64,000 nucleotides of DNA, from the IMG/VR virus record IMGVR_UViG_3300045988_067909; one strand, 5' to 3'. A program made the translations under genes and the position numbers. Shown in pieces: positions 29,068 to 39,237 of the stretch (position 1 is the stretch's first letter; every line of letters begins with the position of its first letter). The notes beneath the pieces were generated by a model, which ran no database searches, had not been told where the DNA came from, and saw nothing but the letters and a program-made list of their open reading frames with translations. Origin of the DNA: a virus.

Positions 29068-30814
29068 TAGTTGGCAAAGCAAGTTCATTGCCGATTATAA
29101 TGATAAGAATCGTCCTAAGTTTAATGACGTATTCTTCTCTAAATCCGATGATGCTATTATCGAAGACCTAAAAGCTATGCTTATATCTTGTCAACGTGAT
29201 AAGTATTTCACAGTCAAGATTCTAGGATTCGATACTATAGAAGACTATGATGAAGTAAACAGACTTCTCATAGAAAACAATGATAATATCACTGTACCAA
29301 TCAAAGATAGCTATCTTAAGATACTTAAGGTAACCTATTATATTGAGGTCAATGGATATAGTGATACATTTGATGTGTATATAGCAGTGCCTAGAGTATT
29401 CGAAGGTGCTTATATCATCTTAAATGGTAATACGTACTTCCCATCTTTCCAATTAGTAGATGGGAGTACTTACAATAATACATTAGCAAAATCATCTAAA
29501 GTACAAAAGATTACATTGAAGACTGTCTTTGGTGCTTTACGTATGATTCGTAATTTCTATGACTATCAGACCACTGATGGCACTGTACTTAACGGTACAG
29601 TATATTCTATCATGTCTAATGGTGCTTCTTATAAGGGTAAGAAGAATGCAGTAGATAGAAAAGTTCCAGCATTCAAATACTTATTTGCTAAGTATGGTTT
29701 ATACGAAGCATTAAGTCTATTTGGATTCGATAATACTATCTTCATTTCTAAAGAACCTTTTGAAGAAGAAGAGAATTACTATACGTTCAAATGTCAAGCC
29801 ACTACTAGCCGTATAGGTTATGTAAAAGTAGCTAAGATATTATTCGATAATGACCGTGTATATCAATCAGCAGTTATAACTATCTTAGATAATCTTCGTA
29901 GTTTGAAGACTGGATATACAGCAGAGTCATTATTCAATAAAGACTACTGGGTTATTTCTCTTGGTGCACATTTCGTTAAGAATAATATGGAATATGAGAA
30001 AGGCTTATCCGCTCTATATTCTCTAGAAGATCAATACGACATAGTCACCAAGAAGAATATCAGATTACCATATGAATATAAATCTAATATTTATATGATA
30101 CTAAGATGGATGATGGCAGAGTTCTCTAATATTCGACTTAAAGATAACACTGATGTTACCAATAAGCGTATTAGATGGTCTGAATGGATTGCGTCTCTAT
30201 ATGTAATGAAACTAAATACAGGTATGTATCGTTTAAATGATATAGCTAGACGTCTTAAATCCGATACTATAATCAAACGTTTTAGACAATGTATCGATAT
30301 CAAACCTATGTACTTAATATCTGAGTTACAAAAGAGTGGTATCAAAGGTTTCCGTAATATGGTTAATGAACGTGATGCTATATTACAATTAAAGTGGACT
30401 TTCAAAGGACCTACAGGTCCTGGTGAAACATCCAATAAGAATCTCGAGGGTAGACTTAAACGTATTTCTCCATCGCATTTAGGCATCTTGGACTTTAATA
30501 CCTCTTCACCAACTGAACCTGGTACTAGTGGTATTATGTGTCCTTTGAATCAAAGTGTATATGATGGATATACGTTTACTAGTGATGGTGAACCTAATAG
30601 CTGGGATGCATCTTTCAATGAACTTAAACAAAGTTATAGGGATGCTATTGGTGTTAAGTCCGCATTTGAATTAGCAGATGATATCGGAGCTGTTCTTGAG
30701 GGAGCAGATGACGGTAAGAATCGTGCTATCTATGAAATGTATCAAATGGGTAAATCCATAAGCCTAGCTAAACAGTCAAACTATCAACCTGGAGATCTTA
30801 TAGTCGAAGATTAA
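29060..30814 (+). CDS. multisubunit RNA polymerase beta subunit, N-terminal part (split rpoB homologue)
   Basis: Start ATG at 29060, translationally coupled to the previous gene. KWTFKGPTGPGETSNKNLEGRLKRISPSHLGILDFNTSSPTEPGTSGIMCPL parallels RpoB LSALGPGGL...[25 protein letters not shown]. Confidence 0.6.
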   Translation: MNNSWQSKFIADYNDKNRPKFNDVFFSKSDDAIIEDLKAMLISCQRDKYFTVKILGFDTIEDYDEVNRLLIENNDNITVPIKDSYLKILKVTYYIEVNGYSDTFDVYIAVPRVFEGAYIILNGNTYFPSFQLVDGSTYNNTLAKSSKVQKITLKTVFGALRMIRNFYDYQTTDGTVLNGTVYSIMSNGASYKGKKNAVDRKVPAFKYLFAKYGLYEALSLFGFDNTIFISKEPFEEEENYYTFKCQATTSRIGYVKVAKILFDNDRVYQSAVITILDNLRSLKTGYTAESLFNKDYWVISLGAHFVKNNMEYEKGLSALYSLEDQYDIVTKKNIRLPYEYKSNIYMILRWMMAEFSNIRLKDNTDVTNKRIRWSEWIASLYVMKLNTGMYRLNDIARRLKSDTIIKRFRQCIDIKPMYLISELQKSGIKGFRNMVNERDAILQLKWTFKGPTGPGETSNKNLEGRLKRISPSHLGILDFNTSSPTEPGTSGIMCPLNQSVYDGYTFTSDGEPNSWDASFNELKQSYRDAIGVKSAFELADDIGAVLEGADDGKNRAIYEMYQMGKSISLAKQSNYQPGDLIVED

Positions 30815-30829
30815 AAGGGAGTGTTTATT

Positions 30830-31066
30830 ATGGCGGTAAAAGATATTTACCATCGTGTGTTCATTATGTCTCGTCAACAAATGGAAGAGCTTAAAGAACG
30901 CAATAATCAACTAGGTTTAAAAACAGAATTCGGTAAAGTAATCGTTAATGGAGTTGAACGTGTATATTCTGATATCATTCTTGATATGGCAGATTGCCGT
31001 TACTCTGATGCGGTTAAAGTTATCGAAGGTGACATTCGTGCTATTAAGCACACTGAAGTAGTTTAA
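30830..31066 (+). CDS. hypothetical small protein
   Basis: RBS aaagggagtgtttattATG. About 78 aa. Confidence 0.35.
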   Translation: MAVKDIYHRVFIMSRQQMEELKERNNQLGLKTEFGKVIVNGVERVYSDIILDMADCRYSDAVKVIEGDIRAIKHTEVV

Positions 31067-31135
31067 ACTAAGTAAGTATATAGTATGGGTCTAATGACTC
31101 ATACTATATACATTATTTTTAAGGAGGAAACAAAA

Positions 31136-32224
31136 ATGAATATTCCAGCTACACTAAGCTTCTCTAAATTAGCAGAAGATCTTAAAAATGCTATCTTCAA
31201 AGATGAAGAAAGATATAGTCTTATGCCTAATTGTGATTACTATGGTGAAAACGCTAGAAATCTGGCTTCATGGATTGGCCGTATCTTTATGGTGCAAGAC
31301 AAAGACATTGATTATAATAAAATACATATTATAATCCATAGATACCCAACAGACAAGTTGATTGGTTTTGTATACTTAGATACTGAAGATGATAATATTA
31401 ATAAAGATGAATTCATCTCAACTATCCGTGTAGATATTGATGGTGAAAATGATTATATGTATAACGAAATTATGCTAATCAACACCAAATCTATATTGAA
31501 TGCATTACAAAATAAGAACTATGATGTATTTATTAGCCTATGCTATGAGCTTACTAAATACATCTATAGAAGTGCTACACCTGAGGCTAATCAGGATGCG
31601 GTAACTGCTATCACATTATACATTGATTTCATGTATAATCAATTATTCTCTGATATGGAAATGCCACATACATATGCTAATAAAGTATACCGTACATTAT
31701 TAGATACAAACTATTGCGACTATAAACCAGTAATTGACGCTATGAAGACATTACGTGGAACTGTTGCTTGTACATACTTCTTACCATTAGTGGGTGAGCT
31801 TCTTATGGAAGCAACTAAGCAACCATACTATACTGAAGAAATCGGTAAAGGTATGGTAGCACGTGTATTTGAAGATGAACGTTTTGAGTTGGTTGTACCA
31901 ATGATTGTCAAGAATTGTTTACAAAAGTTATCTGATGAAAACATATTGACTGCAGCATTAGCACATGCTCCATCTATACTAAAATATCTTGGTGATGAAT
32001 CTCATAAAGAAGAACGTGACACTCTAGTAGCATATATCAAAGAAAAAGTTGATAGCTATGTGAAAGACCATCCAGAATTAGCTGACTTCAAAGGATTCGA
32101 AAACAATGATAAAGCATCTTATAAACCAAATGGTAATTTCATTGTACCTGGTCAAAAGCTAAATGAACAAGCTATCTTAGATGCTAAAAAAGAATTCATG
32201 AAGAATCGTAATAAGAAGAACTAA
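31136..32224 (+). CDS. hypothetical protein
   Basis: RBS ttaaggaggaaacaaaaATG at 31136 (the ORF track starts earlier at a non-RBS codon). No metallophosphatase motifs, so not SbcD. Confidence 0.45.
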   Translation: MNIPATLSFSKLAEDLKNAIFKDEERYSLMPNCDYYGENARNLASWIGRIFMVQDKDIDYNKIHIIIHRYPTDKLIGFVYLDTEDDNINKDEFISTIRVDIDGENDYMYNEIMLINTKSILNALQNKNYDVFISLCYELTKYIYRSATPEANQDAVTAITLYIDFMYNQLFSDMEMPHTYANKVYRTLLDTNYCDYKPVIDAMKTLRGTVACTYFLPLVGELLMEATKQPYYTEEIGKGMVARVFEDERFELVVPMIVKNCLQKLSDENILTAALAHAPSILKYLGDESHKEERDTLVAYIKEKVDSYVKDHPELADFKGFENNDKASYKPNGNFIVPGQKLNEQAILDAKKEFMKNRNKKN

Positions 32225-32225
32225 T

Positions 32226-32507
32226 ATGGCTAAGTCAATGTTTATTCAGGTCCATGAGTGTCCTGAATGTAGAAGTGAATCATTGTATCTTATATCACTT
32301 AAAGGTGAACGTACTCCATATTTGAGCATCCTCAATAAGCATGATGATCCTCATAAATGGATTATGGATTATAAGCATGATTTCAAATTCAAATGTACCA
32401 AGTGTGGTAAAGAATATGAAATCGATTGGAGATATGATGTACCAGTTCCAATAGACTGGTCTACACAGGCTATGCCTAAAGCTCTTGATGAGTTAACTCG
32501 TGGATAA
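32226..32507 (+). CDS. small zinc-ribbon protein
   Basis: Two CxxC pairs: CPECRSE and CTKCGKEY. 93 aa. Confidence 0.4.
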   Translation: MAKSMFIQVHECPECRSESLYLISLKGERTPYLSILNKHDDPHKWIMDYKHDFKFKCTKCGKEYEIDWRYDVPVPIDWSTQAMPKALDELTRG

Positions 32508-32516
32508 AACAAAGTA

Positions 32517-32552
32517 TACAGTATGGGACACTGTTCCCATACTGTATATTAA
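32517..32552 (+). terminator. rho-independent terminator
   Basis: Hairpin acagtatgggacactgttcccatactgt followed by atattaattttt. Confidence 0.45.
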
Positions 32553-32597
32553 TTTTTAGTGATATTTAAACAGACCTCTAATAAGGAGGGATATACT

Positions 32598-35291
32598 ATG
32601 CGTATTACATACATAAGATTAGAGAATTATATAGGCATTTATAATGGACGTGGTGATGATGTATTAGAGATAGATTTATCTCAAAATGTGAATCCTATCG
32701 TGATTATACGTGGCTCCAATGGTAGTGGTAAGAGTACATTGCTTAAATCGCTTACACCGATTAATGATGACTCTAATGCTATTGTTCCAGGGGTAACTGG
32801 GAGAAAGGTTATACGATATTTACACAATGGTATAACTTATGAGATAGAATATGTGCACCCTATAGACAAAGAGGGTAAACGTAAACAGACTAGAGGTCAA
32901 GTCTATAAATATGGGCCTAATGGTAAAGAAGAATTGAATCCGACTTGGAATGTAAGTTCTGCTAAAGATATCATTTATTCTTTATTTAACTTAGACTCTA
33001 ACTTCTTGGCATTAAGTCAACTATCTTCAGAAGATAGAGGGCTAGCTGATAAGAGACCAGCTGAACGTAAGTCATTTGTGTCTTCGATTATTAGTGGTAT
33101 CGAAGCATATAATGCTATGTATAAGATTATATCCAAGAAGCATTCTATGTATAAGAGTCTAATACAATCTTTGACAGCAAAGATTAACCGTATTGGTAAC
33201 AAGGAGGATTTAGATCTTAGATATAATACAATAACTAAGCAAGTTAGCCAAGCTATATCTGATAGAGATGCATCTATACAACGTATAGCTATTCTTAAAG
33301 CTAAACTAGATGAGAACAATGCAGAGAAGTTATTAGAAGAGTATAAGACCATTAATATCAGATACGAATCTATTAAGCAAGATCGTATAGCTCTTACTAA
33401 TACATTAAAACAGTCTCCGATATTTAGACATCAGATTGAGTATATCCATACTGTAGAAGAACGTGCTAAGCGTATTAAAGAATTAGAACGTCAACTAGAG
33501 CAAGATAAAGATAATCTTCCACGTTGGAGAGAAGCATTAGAGCGTACAAATAATGCTCATGACGAATGTGAAAGAAAGATAGCTAATATCAATACAGAAA
33601 TCAATAAGAAGAAATCTAGATTGGAGACTTTTATTGATGCTGATTTCTCAGATGAAGAATTTGGTAGATATAATGAAGCTGTAGCTAATCTTAAAGCTAT
33701 TGAAGATGATATAGCTAAATTACAATATCGTATAGATAGTAAATCTGAGTATGATAGACTTAAAGAGCTATTCGATATGATGGATAACTTCTCTTATGCT
33801 ATCATGGATAGATATGAACGCATTACTAGAGAAGATGTAGACACATTAGTAACCAGAAGCTCATCTTTCTATGAACGTACATTGGCTACTATAACTAAAG
33901 AGATTGAAGAGTGTACTAAAGAACGTATATCCACAGAAGCAGATATTGGATTCTATGAGTCTTTAGTAGAGAAAACTAAGAATCTTGAGCTTAAACCTAA
34001 AGATTGTAAGTTTACTGACTGTGTATTCATAGTAGAAGCTATTGAAGCTGATAAGAAGAAGCCTAAAGATGCTTTAGTTAGATTAACTACTAAGCTTAAA
34101 GACTTAGAAGATAAACTAAAAGAGCTTAATAATGATTTACATCTTACCAATGAAGCTAAATCATTCATGGATAAACTAGAAGCATTAGAGTTTGTATATG
34201 GAAGTAATAAACAATACCTATCTAAGATAGGTGCTGATGATATTTGGAAAGGATTCATAGAATCTATTACCAATAATACTACAGCTAAGTTCTTAGAAGA
34301 GTATGTCTATAGAGCGACTAACTCATATAACTTGCTTGAAGCTAAAGAGTCTGTATCTAAGATAGTAGACTCTCTTAAAGAATCAGCTATTAAGTATAAT
34401 GCTAATAAGTCCATCATTGATGAAATCAATAGTGATATTGATAGAATGACAAAAGAATGTAATGGCTATGAGATAGAACTAAGTGATCTTAGAGGAGAAA
34501 GAGCTGATTATGATCTTTTAGTTATGGAAACAGACTATGCTATTAGAGAATCTGAAACTAATCTTCCTCATTTAGATAGAATTCAAGAGATTGATCTAGA
34601 AATGAGAGAATTGGAGAAGAAAGCTAATGAGTCTAAAGCTAAACGTGATCTAATCAAGGAACTTAATGCTAAGATTCTTGAAGAATCAGCTGTAGCTGAA
34701 AGATGTAAGGATAATTACAATGAGCTTATAGCTCAACGTGATGATATCGCTCATAATAAGATTCTTATTGATGAATATCATAAGGAAATGCAAGAGTATA
34801 CTGATAACTACGAACGTATCGAAGCTATCAAGTATTATGTATCTCCGAATACTGGTATCCAGACTATATTCATTGGTGCTTATATGAATGATATCATGGT
34901 AAAGGCTAATGAATTGGCTTCATGTATCTTTGGTGGTGAATTCGTTATTCAACCATTCGTTATTAATGAAACAGAGTTTAGAATTCCATGCTTAGGTAGT
35001 GGATTGATGAATGATGATATCTCTTCTATGAGTACATCACAAATCTGTATGCTATCTATGATTATTAGCTTTGCTATCTTAGCTAATGCTAGTACTGATT
35101 ATAATATCCTTAAACTAGATGAGATTGATGGTGGTTTAGACACTGAAAATCGTATTCAGTTTATTACCCTACTGGGGAATCTTATTTCGATGGTTGGGTG
35201 TGAACAATGCTTCCTAATCAGCCACAATATGGAGTATTCAGACAGGGTAAGTGTAATAGATATGACAGCTAGACCAGTTGAGGTGAGATAA
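32598..35291 (+). CDS. SbcC/Rad50-like SMC-family ATPase
   Basis: RBS aataaggagggatatactATG at 32598. N-terminal Walker A IIRGSNGSGKSTLL. About 600 aa of heptad-rich coiled coil. C-terminal signature and Walker B region ILKLDEIDGGLD. Confidence 0.75.
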   Translation: MRITYIRLENYIGIYNGRGDDVLEIDLSQNVNPIVIIRGSNGSGKSTLLKSLTPINDDSNAIVPGVTGRKVIRYLHNGITYEIEYVHPIDKEGKRKQTRGQVYKYGPNGKEELNPTWNVSSAKDIIYSLFNLDSNFLALSQLSSEDRGLADKRPAERKSFVSSIISGIEAYNAMYKIISKKHSMYKSLIQSLTAKINRIGNKEDLDLRYNTITKQVSQAISDRDASIQRIAILKAKLDENNAEKLLEEYKTINIRYESIKQDRIALTNTLKQSPIFRHQIEYIHTVEERAKRIKELERQLEQDKDNLPRWREALERTNNAHDECERKIANINTEINKKKSRLETFIDADFSDEEFGRYNEAVANLKAIEDDIAKLQYRIDSKSEYDRLKELFDMMDNFSYAIMDRYERITREDVDTLVTRSSSFYERTLATITKEIEECTKERISTEADIGFYESLVEKTKNLELKPKDCKFTDCVFIVEAIEADKKKPKDALVRLTTKLKDLEDKLKELNNDLHLTNEAKSFMDKLEALEFVYGSNKQYLSKIGADDIWKGFIESITNNTTAKFLEEYVYRATNSYNLLEAKESVSKIVDSLKESAIKYNANKSIIDEINSDIDRMTKECNGYEIELSDLRGERADYDLLVMETDYAIRESETNLPHLDRIQEIDLEMRELEKKANESKAKRDLIKELNAKILEESAVAERCKDNYNELIAQRDDIAHNKILIDEYHKEMQEYTDNYERIEAIKYYVSPNTGIQTIFIGAYMNDIMVKANELASCIFGGEFVIQPFVINETEFRIPCLGSGLMNDDISSMSTSQICMLSMIISFAILANASTDYNILKLDEIDGGLDTENRIQFITLLGNLISMVGCEQCFLISHNMEYSDRVSVIDMTARPVEVR

Positions 35292-35573
35292 ATGAAATCA
35301 TTTATCCAAATAAAAGAGAAAATAGAACGATTCCTTGCTACTGTACTAGTTATCCTAGCACCGATTGGTTGTATATTTGCAGGTCTTGCATGGGTATACT
35401 CATATATAGGGTGTACCCGTGCACATAATAGTATAAGCTATATAGCCTACGATATAATAGGTCCTGCAATTTTAGTTACTGGTTTGGTGGCTATGGTAAT
35501 TTGGACACCTCAGGTTATATGGTACATATTGTCGTATTTATTCAAAAGGATTAAGAAAGCATGGAAAAACTAA
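35292..35573 (+). CDS. small membrane protein (2 predicted TM helices)
   Basis: Hydrophobic stretches LATVLVILAPIGCIFAGLAWVY and IIGPAILVTGLVAMVIW. Start coupled to the sbcC stop. Confidence 0.4.
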   Translation: MKSFIQIKEKIERFLATVLVILAPIGCIFAGLAWVYSYIGCTRAHNSISYIAYDIIGPAILVTGLVAMVIWTPQVIWYILSYLFKRIKKAWKN

Positions 35574-35827
35574 AGAATTTCATTAAACGAGAGATAGTTA
35601 TTCTTCTCTGTGGGCCATTAATAACTTGTCTTGTACTTGTATTGTGTAAGATCCTTAACCATATATCCTTAGAGTTATATGGTGAAGGGTCTTTACCGTA
35701 TATTATGGGGGTACAGGCAGAAACGTTTCTATATACCCTATGTATAATGCTTATACTAGGATTGACGTTTGTAAATATATTTTTATTAATTGCTTCAGCT
35801 ATAATAGTTGAGAAAGAAATCAGATAA
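35561..35827 (+). CDS. small membrane protein
   Basis: Hydrophobic stretches VILLCGPLITCLVLVLCKIL and LCIMLILGLTFVNIFLLIASAIIV. Overlaps the previous gene by 13 nt. Confidence 0.35.
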   Translation: MEKLKNFIKREIVILLCGPLITCLVLVLCKILNHISLELYGEGSLPYIMGVQAETFLYTLCIMLILGLTFVNIFLLIASAIIVEKEIR

Positions 35828-35839
35828 TGGGGTGAAGAG

Positions 35840-36358
35840 ATGTTAGTATCAATGATAGTTGCACATGACTTAAATAACGGTATAGGTAAAGATGGTAAGC
35901 TATTATGGTATATACCTAAAGACCTAAAACATTTTAAGAAAACAACTCTAGGTTGTACTGTAGTCATGGGTAGAAAAACCTATGAATCTCTTCCTAACGC
36001 ATTACCACATAGAGAAAATTGGATTCTCACTAATGATAAATCATATGTACCTAAACAACGATTCAATGACAAGGTTAAAGTATTTCATTCTAAAGAAGAA
36101 GTACTAGCTGAAGCTGAACGTCTTAGAAAGGCTAATATATTTATCATTGGTGGTGGAGAAATCTATAAATTATTCTTAGATGATGCTACTGATATTATAG
36201 CTACAGTGGTTAATGAGAAGCTACCAGCTGACACTTTCTTTCCTAAACTAAAACGAGGTGAATGGGAGAAAGTAAAAGTTGTAAATGAATCTGAAGTTGT
36301 AGACCGTAGACATTATAGTTTTAAGTTTGTAACTATGAAACGAAAGGAGAGAAAATAA
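35840..36358 (+). CDS. folA: dihydrofolate reductase
   Basis: N-terminus MLVSMIVAHDLNNGIGKDGKLLWYIPKDLKHFKKTTLGCTVVMGRKTYESLP is the canonical DHFR signature. 172 aa. Confidence 0.85.
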   Translation: MLVSMIVAHDLNNGIGKDGKLLWYIPKDLKHFKKTTLGCTVVMGRKTYESLPNALPHRENWILTNDKSYVPKQRFNDKVKVFHSKEEVLAEAERLRKANIFIIGGGEIYKLFLDDATDIIATVVNEKLPADTFFPKLKRGEWEKVKVVNESEVVDRRHYSFKFVTMKRKERK

Positions 36359-36705
36359 TGGCATGTATTGATGATGAATTAGCCCAAGTGACCTATGAGG
36401 TTTTAGAAACTGTACCAAAGTCTATATCTAGAACCATGCATGGTATAAACCCATGGTATATTGAAGTAAGTGATTATATATTAACCTATGAGGATAAGGA
36501 TAAATATAAACTTAGTCTTCATCAGCATGGTAAATGTATCTATGGTAAAGCTATTTACAGTTCTCATTACTTTAAAGCATTCGTACAAAAATTGTATGAT
36601 AGCTTATTCATGAGTGGTAAAGTAGTACCAGATACTAGTAATAACCCTTGGCTAATTAAGGTAAGAACTCTACATAATTTATTAAGATCAAGATACGGAG
36701 AGTAA
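36358..36705 (+). CDS. hypothetical protein
   Basis: 115-aa ORF translationally coupled (ATGA) to DHFR. Confidence 0.4.
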   Translation: MACIDDELAQVTYEVLETVPKSISRTMHGINPWYIEVSDYILTYEDKDKYKLSLHQHGKCIYGKAIYSSHYFKAFVQKLYDSLFMSGKVVPDTSNNPWLIKVRTLHNLLRSRYGE

Positions 36706-36710
36706 TTAAA

Positions 36711-37904
36711 ATGAAAAATGAAGAAATCGTAGCTAAACTTAGAGAATCACTTATTAATATTAGTAGTAGAATGGTGGAGCCATTAGTTGCTAGCAAATAC
36801 GAACACGTCTTTATATTAGATAAGGATATATCTGATTGTAATGAGTCAATCAAAATCGAAGTGACTATTCAATCTAATAAAAATATCCCACAAGCTGTAA
36901 TAAAAACTGAAACAAAAACAACTACACCACCTAAAGGGTATAATAAGGAAATAACTATTGATACTACACCAATGATCATTAGTCTTATAGATGACGCTAG
37001 TTTCTCTGAAGTGGCTAAATACATTTCAGACTTAGCATACAATCTAAGTGATGTCATTAATGAATATGCGAATATAGAAGCTCTAGCAGAATTGGAATCT
37101 AGTATTCTAATGGTAAGTCGAGGACTATTTGATTATACTGTCATCTTACCAGAATCTAATACATCTATCGACTATAGAGTAGTACAAGAGCTTTCTGAAG
37201 ATGATAATCTATATGAAGTATATACTAGATTCAATGGTATGATTATGTATGCAAAATCTGCACATTCTATACCTGGAGCAGTATCTGTAATAAAAGATAT
37301 TTACCCTAAAAATATATCTGAATGCTGGTGGAGATTAGATCTCATTTCTTTGATGACTAAGCTATTCAATGTTAAAGAACCAAAGATAATTGATAATAAG
37401 ACTTATGTTGAATATATTGGCGAATTCAGTTTACCAACTAATAGAAAGATTGATTGTAATTGCTGGCTTAAAGTCACAAAAAGCAATATAAATGAACAGT
37501 CTAAACTATATATCGAATCTAACACATTGACTCCGTATATTAGTATCAAAGTAGCTCTTGATGGGTTTGATAATATTGTCGGTTATGCTTATAATGCTAT
37601 GAATAAGATAGCTGGCATTATTAGAATTCTAGATACTATGAAAATTGATGATGGTATGACATTGTATCAGCTATTAGCACGTGCATGTAAGCCTAGTGCT
37701 CATATTGAAATTACATGTCACAATAGTAATATGGTTCTTATCTCTTATTATGAAAATGGTAAGCATAATAATATTTGGGTATCATTCCCTAGTCATAATA
37801 GACCTAATATTACTATTGGGGATAACTATGAGATTAGTGAAGCATGTGATAGCTTAGAAGAAGCTGTACTTAAGGTTATCACTGAAGCACGTAAAGATAA
37901 ATAA
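36711..37904 (+). CDS. hypothetical protein
   Basis: 397-aa ORF with RBS-like taattaaaATG. Confidence 0.45.
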   Translation: MKNEEIVAKLRESLINISSRMVEPLVASKYEHVFILDKDISDCNESIKIEVTIQSNKNIPQAVIKTETKTTTPPKGYNKEITIDTTPMIISLIDDASFSEVAKYISDLAYNLSDVINEYANIEALAELESSILMVSRGLFDYTVILPESNTSIDYRVVQELSEDDNLYEVYTRFNGMIMYAKSAHSIPGAVSVIKDIYPKNISECWWRLDLISLMTKLFNVKEPKIIDNKTYVEYIGEFSLPTNRKIDCNCWLKVTKSNINEQSKLYIESNTLTPYISIKVALDGFDNIVGYAYNAMNKIAGIIRILDTMKIDDGMTLYQLLARACKPSAHIEITCHNSNMVLISYYENGKHNNIWVSFPSHNRPNITIGDNYEISEACDSLEEAVLKVITEARKDK

Positions 37905-37927
37905 CAGTTTCATACGAGGTGAGTGAT

Positions 37928-38524
37928 ATGAAAGAAACAAGTATAGTTGAAAATACGTTAGCTGCTATCGAAGAGATAATCAATATCGAATTTGATATGT
38001 CTCCGGATGAAAGCTATGAACGAAAGTCTTACTATGGTGAGGGTACATTATTCGGTGCAGATATTGGTATATCTGTAATATTCGAAGATGATAATATTAA
38101 ACAGCTTATTATCGAATCTATACCAGGTGGTAATAGTTATGGTATTGGATATGTATCTGTAATTAAGGATGAGCATGAGACATCTGATTTATCTCATTCT
38201 ATCCCATTAGCTATTGATGGTATTATTAAGATGCGTAAGCTCTTAAGATATATTAGCGAAGAAGATAAGCAATTCATTCGTGATAACGAAGGCATTCTTA
38301 CTATTATTGGTAAGACATACACTAATGAGTATAAACAGATTGTATCACAACTAAATACAATGGAATTATGCTTTGAATATATTCCATTGTGTATTTCTAG
38401 TTATGATGGTATCTTGTTAGAATATGCTTTTGATGTACGTACAACTAAAGACTATTCTATTGTAAAAGCTGGTCTTACTATAGACGAGGCTATCAAATAC
38501 GTTAGAGAAAATAGCGGTAAGTAA
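37928..38524 (+). CDS. hypothetical acidic protein
   Basis: RBS acgaggtgagtgatATG at 37928 (the ORF track begins at an upstream GTG). Confidence 0.45.
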   Translation: MKETSIVENTLAAIEEIINIEFDMSPDESYERKSYYGEGTLFGADIGISVIFEDDNIKQLIIESIPGGNSYGIGYVSVIKDEHETSDLSHSIPLAIDGIIKMRKLLRYISEEDKQFIRDNEGILTIIGKTYTNEYKQIVSQLNTMELCFEYIPLCISSYDGILLEYAFDVRTTKDYSIVKAGLTIDEAIKYVRENSGK

Positions 38525-38532
38525 AACAAAAT

Positions 38533-38569
38533 TACAGGTACTGGAATTTCCAGTACCTGTATATTTTTT
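38533..38569 (+). terminator. rho-independent terminator (second copy of the ACAGGTACTGGAAnTTCCAGTACCTGT family)
   Basis: Hairpin followed by atatttttta. Confidence 0.55.
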
Positions 38570-38574
38570 ATAAT

Positions 38575-38650
38575 CGTAAAACTCTTTTTTTTTAGTTGTA
38601 TACTATAATGGTAATATCATGGTTATATATTTATTAGTTAATTAGAAAGG
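38575..38650 (+). promoter_or_regulatory. conserved promoter-like repeat copy
   Basis: cgtaaaactctttttttttagttgtatactataatggtaatatcatggttatatat, followed by RBS aaaggag and ATG. Confidence 0.45.
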
Positions 38651-38661
38651 AGATATATATC

Positions 38662-39183
38662 ATGTATTTACAACAATTAACAGAAACTTCCGGGGTCGAA
38701 ATCACACATTGGTTTGAAAATACTTTCTTTATTTCTAACAATGTTACAAAACGTGGCATCATTGATGTTGGTGATGGTGGTAAAGTCGAACGTGCTTCTT
38801 TAGAATACTTTTCCAATTATATTGGAGCGGTCGAAATTGTTAAATGGGTACCGAATTCCAATAGTGAAATTGAGGAGTATTTTACCAAGTATCTCGCAAT
38901 GGTGATTGCTATGGATCACGATATCGAAAGTGATCCAAACAAAATTGAAGCGATGAAAACATTGCTCAATTTGCACGGTACTTTATTCATTGAAAACGAT
39001 ACTACAGTATTTAAGTTTAAAGACTTAGGCACTATTGCACCGTTTGAAGATGATAGCTGGTACGTCTGTCCTGATGGTGCAGACAATGTACTTTGTAAGA
39101 CTTTAGCCGAAGCGGCTAAAGTGATGGCAGAGTATAAAGCAAAATTAGAAGAGAAACCTGTTCTCTTCAAAAACATTATCTAA
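38662..39183 (+). CDS. hypothetical protein (promoter-cassette gene)
   Basis: 173-aa ORF between the promoter repeat and a terminator. Codon usage visibly GC-richer than the flanking genes. Confidence 0.5.
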   Translation: MYLQQLTETSGVEITHWFENTFFISNNVTKRGIIDVGDGGKVERASLEYFSNYIGAVEIVKWVPNSNSEIEEYFTKYLAMVIAMDHDIESDPNKIEAMKTLLNLHGTLFIENDTTVFKFKDLGTIAPFEDDSWYVCPDGADNVLCKTLAEAAKVMAEYKAKLEEKPVLFKNII

Positions 39184-39192
39184 AAAGAATAT

Positions 39193-39237
39193 CACAGGAT
39201 AGGACATTGTCCTATCCTGTATACTTTTCTTTTTTCT
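39193..39237 (+). terminator. rho-independent terminator, family ACAGGATAG-ACA-TGT-CTATCCTGT
   Basis: Hairpin cacaggataggacattgtcctatcctgt followed by a T-run. A covarying copy sits at 42712-42760. Confidence 0.5.

Noticed and set aside
31136-32224. SbcD/Mre11 nuclease partner upstream of the SbcC-like gene
   Set aside because: No metallophosphatase motifs (DxH, GDxxD, GNHE, GHxH) are visible in the translation. Called hypothetical instead.
35292-35827. Holin/antiholin pair (two small TM proteins) as a lysis cassette
   Set aside because: No endolysin or spanin is adjacent; the pair sits between sbcC and DHFR. Membrane proteins are reported, but a lysis role is not asserted.
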